From Balanoglossus misakiensis (lineage: Eukaryota; Animalia; Hemichordata), in NCBI GenBank assembly GCA_040954595.2, contig JBECUI020000063.1, positions 1-44,515 of the forward strand: DNA of 44,515 bases, written 5' to 3'. Below the pieces are notes generated by a model. That model worked only from the letters and a program-made list of their open reading frames with translations. It did not search any database and was not told the DNA's origin. Within the stretch, counting starts at the first letter, position 1. Each line of letters starts with the position of its first letter. The position numbers were made by a program, and so were the translations under genes. This document shows positions 35,001 through 44,515 of the stretch, piece by piece.

Positions 35001-38000
35001 TTATGAAGTGGTGACCTAAGACAGGCGACAGTCAGGCTTCACTTACAAAAAGTGGAAAATACAATAGCTACATTGGTAGGCTGAAAGCTTACGTCCTGAG
35101 ACTGTTTGTGCCAATGACGGGTAAGACCGCTTATGAAGTGGTGACCTAAGACAGGCGACAGTCAGGCTTCACTTACAAAAAGTGGAAAATACAATTGGTA
35201 GGCTGAAAGCTTACTTCCTGAGACTGTTTGTGCCAATGACGGGTAAGACCGCTTATGAAGTGGAGACCTAAGACAGGCGACAGTCAGGCTTCACTTACAA
35301 AAAGTGGAAAATACAATAGCTACATTGGTAGGCTGAAAGCTTACTTCCTGAGACTGTTTGTGCCAATGACGGGTAAGACCGCTTATGAAGTGGTGACCTA
35401 AGACAGGCGACAGTCAGGCTTCACTTACAAAAAGTGGAAAATACAATAGCTACATTGGTAGGCTGAAAGCTTACTTCCTGAGACTGTTTGTGCCAATGAC
35501 GGGCAAGACCGCTTATGAAGTGGTGACCTAAGACAGGCGACAGTCAGGCTTCACTTACAAAAAGTGGAAAATACAATAGCTACATTGGTAGGCTGAAAGC
35601 TTACTTCCTGAGACTGTTTGTGCCAATGACGGGTAAGACCGCTTATGAAGTGGTGACCTAAGACAGGCGACAGTCAGGCTTCACTTACAAAAAGTGGAAA
35701 ATACAATAGCTACATTGGTAGGCTGAAAGCTTACTTCCTGAGACTGTTTGTGCCAATGACGGGTCAGACCGCTTATGAAGTGGTGACCTAAGACAGGCGA
35801 CAGTCAGGCTTCACTTACAAAAAGTGGAAAATATAATAGCTACATTGGTAGGCTGAAAGCTTACTTCCTGAGACTGTTTGTGCCAATGACGGGTAAGACC
35901 GCTTATGAAGTGGTGACCTAAGACAGGCGACAGTCAGGCTTCACTTACAAAAAGTGGAAAATATAATAGCTATATTGGTAGGCTGAAAGCTTACTTCCTG
36001 AGACTGTTTGTGCCAATGACGGGTAAGACCGCTTATGAAGTGGTGACCTAAGACAGGCGACAGTCAGGCTTCACTTACAAAAAGTGGAAAATATAATAGC
36101 TACATTGGTAGGCAGAAAGCTTACTTCCTGAGACTGTTCGTGCCAATGACGGGTAAGACCGCTTATGAAGTGGTGACCTAAGACAGGCGACAGTCAGGCT
36201 TCCTACAAAAAGTGGAAAATACAATAGCTATATTGGTAGGCTGAAAGCTTACTTCCTGAGACTGTTTGTGCCAATGACGGGTAAGACCGCTTATGAAGTG
36301 GTGACCTAAGACAGGCGACAGTCAGGCTTCACTTACAAAAAGTGGAAAATACAATAGCTATATTGGTAGGCTGAAAGCTTACTTCCTGAGACTGTTTGTG
36401 CCAATGACGGGTAAGACCTCTTATGAAGTGGTGACCTAAGACAGGCGACAGTCAGGCTTCACTTACAAAAAGTGGAAAATACAATAGCTATATTGGTAGG
36501 CTGAAAGCTTACTTCCTGAGACTGTTTGTGCCAATGACGGGTCAGACCGCTTATGAAGTGGTGACCTAAGACAGGCGACAGTCAGGCTTCACTTACAAAA
36601 AGTGGAAAATACAATAGCTACATTGGTAGGCTGAAAGCTTACTTCCTGAGACTGTTTGTGCCAATGACGGGTCAGACCGCTTATGAAGTGGTGACCTAAG
36701 ACAGGCGACAGTCAGGCTTCACTTACAAAAAGTGGAAAATATAATAGCTACATTGGTAGGCTGAAAGCTTACTTCCTGAGACTGTTTGTGCCAATGACGG
36801 GTAAGACCGCTTATGAAGTGGTGACCTAAGACAGGCGACAGTCAGGCTTCACTTACAAAAAGTGGAAAATACAATAGCTACATTGGTAGGCTGGAGGCTT
36901 ACTTCCTGAGACTGTTTGTACCAATGACGGGTAAAACCGCTTATGAAGTGGTGACCTAAGACAGGCGACAGTCAGGCTTCACTTACAAAAAGTGGAAAAT
37001 ACAATAGCTACATTGGTAGGCTGAAAGCTTCCTTCCTGAGACTGTTTGTGCCAATGACGGGTAAGACCGCTTATGAAGTGGTGACCTAAGACAGGCGACA
37101 GTCAGGCTTCACTTACAAAAAGTGGAAAATACAATAGCTACATTGGTAGGCTGAAAGCTTACGTCCTGAGACTGTTTGTGCCAATGACGGGTAAGACCGC
37201 TTATGAAGTGGTGACCTAAGACAGGCGACAGTCAGGCTTCACTTACAAAAAGTGGAAAATACAATAGCTACATTGGTAGGCTGGAGGCTTACTTCCTGAG
37301 ACTGTTTGTGCCAATGACGGGTAAGACCGCTTATGAAGTGGTGACCTAAGACAGGCGACAGTCAGGCTTCACTTACAAAAAGTGGAAAATACAATAGCTA
37401 CATTGGTAGGCTGAAAGCTTACGTCCTGAGACTGTTTGTGCCAATGACGGGTAAGACCGCTTATGAAGTGGTGACCTAAGACAGGCGACAGTCAGGCTTC
37501 ACTTACAAAAAGTGGAAAATACAATAGCTACATTGGTAGGCTGAAAGCTTACTTCCTGAGACTGTTTGTGCCAATGACGGGTAAGACCGCTTATGAAGTG
37601 GTGACCTAAGACAGGCGACAGTCAGGCTTCCTACAAAAAGTGGAAAATACAATAGCTATATTGGTAGGCTGAAAGCTTACTTCCTGAGACTGTTTGTGCC
37701 AATGACGGGTAAGACCGCTTATGAAGTGGTGACCTAAGACAGGCGACAGTCAGGCTTCACTTACAAAAAGTGGAAAATACAATAGCTATATTGGTAGGCT
37801 GAAAGCTTACTTCCTGAGACTGTTTGTGCCAATGACGGGTCAGACCGCTTATGAAGTGGTGACCTAAGACAGGCGACAGTCAGGCTTCACTTACAAAAAG
37901 TGGAAAATACAATAGCTACATTGGTAGGCTGAAAGCTTACTTCCTGAGACTGTTTGTGCCAATGACGGGTCAGACCGCTTATGAAGTGGTGACCTAAGAC

Positions 38001-41000
38001 AGGCGACAGTCAGGCTTCACTTACAAAAAGTGGAAAATATAATAGCTACATTGGTAGGCTGAAAGCTTACTTCCTGAGACTGTTTGTGCCAATGACGGGT
38101 AAGACCGCTTATGAAGTGGTGACCTAAGACAGGCGACAGTCAGGCTTCACTTACAAAAAGTGGAAAATACAATAGCTACATTGGTAGGCTGAAAGCTTAC
38201 GTCCTGAGACTGTTTGTGCCAATGACGGGTAAGACCGCTTATGAAGTCGTGACCTAAGACAGGCGACAGTCAGGCTTCACTTACAAAAAGTGGAAAAGAC
38301 AATAGCTACATTGGTAGGCTGGAGGCTTACTTCCTGAGACTGTTTGTACCAATGACGGGTAAAACCGCTTATGAAGTGGTGACCTAAGACAGGCGACAGT
38401 CAGGCTTCACTTACAAAAAGTGGAAAATACAATAGCTACATTGGTAGGCTGAAAGCTTCCTTCCTGAGACTGTTTGTGCCAATGACGGGTAAGACCGCTT
38501 ATGAAGTGGTGACCTAAGACAGGCGACAGTCAGGCTTCACTTACAAAAAGTGGAAAATACAATAGCTACATTGGTAGGCTGAAAGCTTACGTCCTGAGAC
38601 TGTTTGTGCCAATGACGGGTAAGACCGCTTATGAAGTGGTGACCTAAGACAGGCGACAGTCAGGCTTCACTTACAAAAAGTGGAAAATACAATAGCTACA
38701 TTGGTAGGCTGAAAGCTTACTTCCTGAGACTGTTTGTGCCAATGACGGGTAAGACCGCTTATGAAGTGGTGACCTAAGACAGGCGACAGTCAGGCTTCAC
38801 TTACAAAAAGTGGAAAATACAATAGCTACATTGGTAGGCTGAAAGCTTACTTCCTGAGACTGTTTGTGCCAATGACGGGTCAGACCGCTTATGAAGTGGT
38901 GACCTAAGACAGGCGACAGTCAGGCTTCACTTACAAAAAGTGGAAAATACAATAGCTACATTGGTAGGCTGAAAGCTTACTTCCTGAGACTGTTTGTGCC
39001 AATGACGGGTAAGACCGCTTATGAAGTGGTGACCTAAGACAGGCGACAGTCAGGCTTCACTTACAAAAAGTGGAAAATACAATAGCTACATTGGTAGGCT
39101 GAAAGCTTACGTCCTGAGACTGTTTGTGCCAATGACGGGTAAGACCGCTTATGAAGTGGTGACCTAAGACAGGCGACAGTCAGGCTTCACTTACAAAAAG
39201 TGGAAAATACAATAGCTACATTGGTAGGCTGAAAGCTTACTTCCTGAGACTGTTTGTGCCAGTGACGGGTAAGACCGCTTATGAAGTGGTGACCTAAGAC
39301 AGGCGACAGTCAGGCTTCACTTACAAAAAGTGGAAAATACAATAGCTACATTGGTAGGCTGAAAGCTTACTTCCTGAGACTGTTTGTGCCAATGACGGGT
39401 CAGACCGCTTATGAAGTGGTGACCTAAGACAGGCGACAGTCAGGCTTCACTTACAAAAAGTGGAAAATACAATAGCTACATTGGTAGGCTGAAAGCTTAC
39501 TTCCTGAGACTGTTTGTGCCAATGACGGGTAAGACCGCTTATGAAGTGGTGACCTAAGACAGGCGACAGTCAGGCTTCACTTACAAAAAGTGGAAAATAC
39601 AATAGCTACATTGGTAGGCTGAAAGCTTACTTCCTGAGACTGTTTGTGCCAATGACGGGTAAGACCGCTTATGAAGTGGTGACCTAAGACAGGCGACAGT
39701 CAGGCTTCACTTACAAAAAGTGGAAAATACAATAGCTACATTGGTAGGCTGAAAGCTTACTTCCTGAGACTGTTTGTGCCAATGACGGGTCAGACCGCTT
39801 ATGAAGTGGTGACCTAAGACAGGCGACAGTCAGGCTTCACTTACAAAAAGTGGAAAATACAATAGCTACATTGGTAGGCTGAAAGCTTCCTTCCTGAGAC
39901 TGTTTGTGCCAATGACGGGTAAGACCGCTTATGAAGTGGTGACCTAAGACAGGCGACAGTCAGGCTTCACTTACAAAAAGTGGAAAATACAATAGCTACA
40001 TTGGTAGGCTGAAAGCTTACGTCCTGAGACTGTTTGTGCCAATGACGGGTAAGACCGCTTATGAAGTGGTGACCTAAGACAGGCGACAGTCAGGCTTCAC
40101 TTACAAAAAGTGGAAAATACAATAGCTACATTGGTAGGCTGGAGGCTTACTTCCTGAGACTGTTTGTGCCAATGACGGGTAAGACCGCTTATGAAGTGGT
40201 GACCTAAGACAGGCGACAGTCAGGCTTCACTTACAAAAAGTGGAAAATACAATAGCTACATTGGTAGGCTGAAAGCTTACGTCCTGAGACTGTTTGTGCC
40301 AATGACGGGTAAGACCGCTTATGAAGTGGTGACCTAAGACAGGCGACAGTCAGGCTTCACTTACAAAAAGTGGAAAATACAATAGCTACATTGGTAGGCT
40401 GAAAGCTTACTTCCTGAGACTGTTTGTGCCAATGACGGGTAAGACCGCTTATGAAGTGGTGACCTAAGACAGGCGACAGTCAGGCTTCACTTACAAAAAG
40501 TGGAAAATACAATAGCTACATTGGTAGGCTGAAAACTTACTTCCTGAGACTGTTTGTGCCAATGACGGGTCAGACCGCTTATGAAGTGGTGACCTAAGAC
40601 AGGCGACAGTCAGGCTTCACTTACAAAAAGTGGAAAATACAATAGCTACATTGGTAGGCTGAAAGCTTACTTCCTGAGACTGTTTGTGCCAATGACGGGT
40701 AAGACCGCTTATGAAGTGGTGACCTAAGACAGGCGACAGTCAGGCTTCACTTACAAAAAGTGGAAAATACAATAGCTACATTGGTAGGCTGAAAGCTTAA
40801 TTCCTGAGACTGTTTGTGCCAATGACGGGTAAGACCGCTTATGAAGTCGTGACCTAAGACAGGCGACAGTCAGGCTTCACTTACAAAAAGTGGAAAATAC
40901 AATAGCTATATAGGTAGGCTGAAAGCTTACTTCCTGAGACTGTTTGTGCCAATGACGGGTAAGACCGCTTATGAAGTCGTGACCTAAGACAGGCGACAGT

Positions 41001-44000
41001 CAGGCTTCACTTACAAAAAGTGGAAAATACAATAGCTACATTGGTAGGCTGAAAGCTTACGTCCTGAGACTGTTTGTGATAATGACGGGTAAGACCGCTT
41101 ATGAAGTGGTGACCTAAGACAGGCGACAGTCAGGCTTCACTTACAAAAAGTGGAAAATACAATAGCTACATTGGTAGGCTGAAAGCTTACTTCCTGAGAC
41201 TGTTTGTGCCAATGACGGGTAAGACCGCTTATGAAGTGGTGACCTAAGACAGGCGACAGTCAGGCTTCACTTACAAAAAGTGGAAAATACAATAGCTACA
41301 TTGGTAGGCTGAAAGCTTACTTCCTGAGACTGTTTGTGCCAATGACGGGTAAGACCGCTTATGAAGTGGTGACCTAAGACAGGCGACAGTCAGGCTTCAC
41401 TTACAAAAAGTGGAAAATACAATAGCTACATTGGTAGGCTGAAAGCTTACTTCCTGAGACTGTTTGTGCCAATGACGGGTCAGACCGCTTATGAAGTGGT
41501 GACCTAAGACAGGCGACAGTCAGGCTTCACTTACAAAAAGTGGAAAATACAATAGCTACATTGGTAGGCTGAAAGCTTACTTCCTGAGACTGTTTGTGCC
41601 AATGACGGGTCAGACCGCTTATGAAGTGGTGACCTAAGACAGGCGACAGTCAGGCTTCACTTACAAAAAGTGGAAAATACAATAGCTACATTGGTAGGCT
41701 GAAAGCTTACTTCCTGAGACTGTTTGTGCCAATGACGGGTAAGACCGCTTATGAAGTGGTGACCTAAGACAGGCGACAGTCAGGCTTCACTTACAAAAAG
41801 TGGAAAATACAATAGCTACATTGGTAGGCTGAAAGCTTACTTCCTGAGACTGTTTGTGCCAATGACGGGTCAGACCGCTTATGAAGTGGTGACCTAAGAC
41901 AGGCGACAGTCAGGCTTCACTTACAAAAAGTGGAAAATACAATAGCTACATTGGTAGGCTGAAAGCTTACTTCCTGAGACTGTTTGTGCCAATGACGGGT
42001 CAGACCGCTTATGAAGTGGTGACCTAAGACAGGCGACAGTCAGGCTTCACTTACAAAAAGTGGAAAATACAATAGCTACATTGGTAGGCTGAAAGCTTAC
42101 TTCCTGAGACTGTTTGTGCCAATGACGGGTCAGACCGCTTATGAAGTGGTGACCTAAGACAGGCGACAGTCAGGCTTCACTTACAAAAAGTGGAAAATAT
42201 AATAGCTACATTGGTAGGCTGAAAGCTTACTTCCTGAGACTGTTTGTGCCAATGACGGGTAAGACCGCTTATGAAGTGGTGACCTAAGACAGGCGACAGT
42301 CAGGCTTCACTTACAAAAAGTGGAAAATACAATAGCTACATTGGTAGGCTGAAAGCTTACTTCCTGAGACTGTTTGTGCCAATGACGGGTCAGACCGCTT
42401 ATGAAGTGGTGACCTAAGACAGGCGACAGTCAGGCTTCACTTACAAAAAGTGGAAAATACAATAGCTACATTGGTAGGCTGAAAGCTTACTTCCTGAGAC
42501 TGTTTGTGCCAATGACGGGTAAGACCGCTTATGAAGTGGTGACCTAAGACAGGCGACAGTCAGGCTTCACTTACAAAAAGTGGAAAATACAATAGCTACA
42601 TTGGTAGGCTGAAAGCTTACTTCCTGAGACTGTTTGTGCCAATGACGGGTCAGACCGCTTATGAAGTGGTGACCTAAGACAGGCGACAGTCAGGCTTCAC
42701 TTACAAAAAGTGGAAAATACAATAGCTACATTGGTAGGCTGAAAGCTTACTTCCTGAGACTGTTTGTGCCAATGACGGGTCAGACCGCTTATGAAGTGGT
42801 GACCTAAGACAGGCGACAGTCAGGCTTCACTTACAAAAAGTGGAAAATACAATAGCTACATTGGTAGGCTGAAAGCTTACTTCCTGAGACTGTTTGTGCC
42901 AATGACGGGTCAGACCGCTTATGAAGTGGTGACCTAAGACAGGCGACAGTCAGGCTTCACTTACAAAAAGTGGAAAATATAATAGCTACATTGGTAGGCT
43001 GAAAGCTTACTTCCTGAGACTGTTTGTGCCAATGACGGGTAAGACCGCTTATGAAGTGGTGACCTAAGACAGGCGACAGTCAGGCTTCACTTACAAAAAG
43101 TGGAAAATACAATAGCTACATTGGTAGGCTGAAAGCTTACTTCCTGAGACTGTTTGTGCCAATGACGGGTCAGACCGCTTATGAAGTGGTGACCTAAGAC
43201 AGGCGACAGTCAGGCTTCACTTACAAAAAGTGGAAAATACAATAGCTACATTGGTAGGCTGAAAGCTTACTTCCTGAGACTGTTTGTGCCAATGACGGGT
43301 CAGACCGCTTATGAAGTGGTGACCTAAGACAGGCGACAGTCAGGCTTCACTTACAAAAAGTGGAAAATATAATAGCTACATTGGTAGGCTGAAAGCTTAC
43401 TTCCTGAGACTGTTTGTGCCAATGACGGGTAAGACCGCTTATGAAGTGGTGACCTAAGACAGGCGACAGTCAGGCTTCACTTACAAAAAGTGGAAAATAC
43501 AATAGCTACATTGGTAGGCTGGAGGCTTACTTCCTGAGACTGTTTGTGCCAATGACGGGTAAGACCGCTTATGAAGTGGTGACCTAAGACAGGCGACAGT
43601 CAGGCTTCACTTACAAAAAGTGGAAAATACAATAGCTACATTGGTAGGCTGGAGGCTTACTTCCTGAGACTGTTTGTGCCAATGACGGGTAAGACCGCTT
43701 ATGAAGTGGTGACCTAAGACAGGCGACAGTCAGGCTTCACTTACAAAAAGTGGAAAATACAATAGCTACATTGGTAGGCTGAAAGCTTACGTCCTGAGAC
43801 TGTTTGTGCCAATGACGGGTAAGACCGCTTATGAAGTGGTGACCTAAGACAGGCGACAGTCAGGCTTCACTTACAAAAAGTGGAAAATACAATAGCTACA
43901 TTGGTAGGCTGAAAGCTTACTTCCTGAGACTGTTTGTGCCAATGACGGGTAAGACCGCTTATGAAGTGGTGACCTACGACAGGCGACAGTCAGGCTTCAC

Positions 44001-44515
44001 TTACAAAAAGTGGAAAATATAATAGCTACATTGGTAGGCTGAAAGCTTACTTCCTGAGACTGTTTGTGCCAATGACGGGTAAGACCGCTTATGAAGTGGT
44101 GACCTAAGACAGGCGACAGTCAGGCTTCACTTACAAAAAGTGGAAAATACAATAGCTATATTGGTAGGCTGAAAGCTTACGTCCTGAGACTGTTTGTGCC
44201 AATGACGGGTAAGACCGCTTATGAAGTGGTGACCTAAGACAGGCGACAGTCAGGCTTCACTTACAAAAAGTGGAAAATACAATAGCTACATTGGTAGGCT
44301 GAAAGCTTACTTCCTGAGACTGTTTGTGCCAATGACGGGTAAGACCGCTTATGAAGTGGTGACCTAAGACAGGCGACAGTCAGGCTTCACTTACAAAAAG
44401 TGGAAAATACAATAGCTACATTGGTAGGCTGAAAGCTTACTTCCTGAGACTGTTTGTGCCAATGACGGGTAAGACCGCTTATGAAGTGGTGACCTAAGAC
44501 AGGCGACAGGCAGGC
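31990..44515 (+). repeat. 130-bp tandem satellite array, right arm (roughly 96 monomers, runs off window end)
   Basis: Same monomer and orientation. Lacks the 112-bp and 77-bp variants. Carries its own variants (GGGTCAGACC, CTGGAGGCTT, GCTATATTGG, CTTCCTACAA). Confidence 0.99.

Noticed and set aside
36136-36154. CENP-B box
   Set aside because: TTCG and CGGG co-occur only in this single variant and the spacing is 2 nt too long (TTCG-N4-A-N4-CGGG); consensus has TTTG.
1-44515. CRISPR array
   Set aside because: Contiguous 130-bp repeats with no unique spacers and no cas genes; eukaryotic LINE context.

Overview
Eukaryotic satellite DNA. About 39.7 kb of the window is a head-to-tail array of a 130-bp monomer (AGGCGACAGTCAGGCTTCACTTACAAAAAGTGGAAAATACAATAGCTACATTGGTAGGCTGAAAGCTTACTTCCTGAGACTGTTTGTGCCAATGACGGGTAAGACCGCTTATGAAGTGGTGACCTAAGAC). 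It is interrupted once by an apparently full-length, intact 4781-bp non-LTR retrotransposon on the minus strand (27209-31989), with a perfect 12-bp target-site duplication, an AATAAA plus (ATT)n tail, an L1-type ORF1 and an APE-RT-CCHC ORF2. The most notable signal is possible double translational recoding in the element. ORF1 carries a canonical 2A/StopGo motif (GDVESNPG|P). ORF2 has no in-frame AUG ahead of the endonuclease and follows ORF1 in the same frame after one UAG in a UAG-GGA context, a readthrough candidate. The satellite is zoned: monomeric (1-7.3 kb), variable-length higher-order repeats (HORs) marked by 112-bp and 77-bp deletion monomers (7.3-27.2 kb), and a different variant set right of the LINE. 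Host species, LINE clade and centromeric function cannot be established from this window alone.
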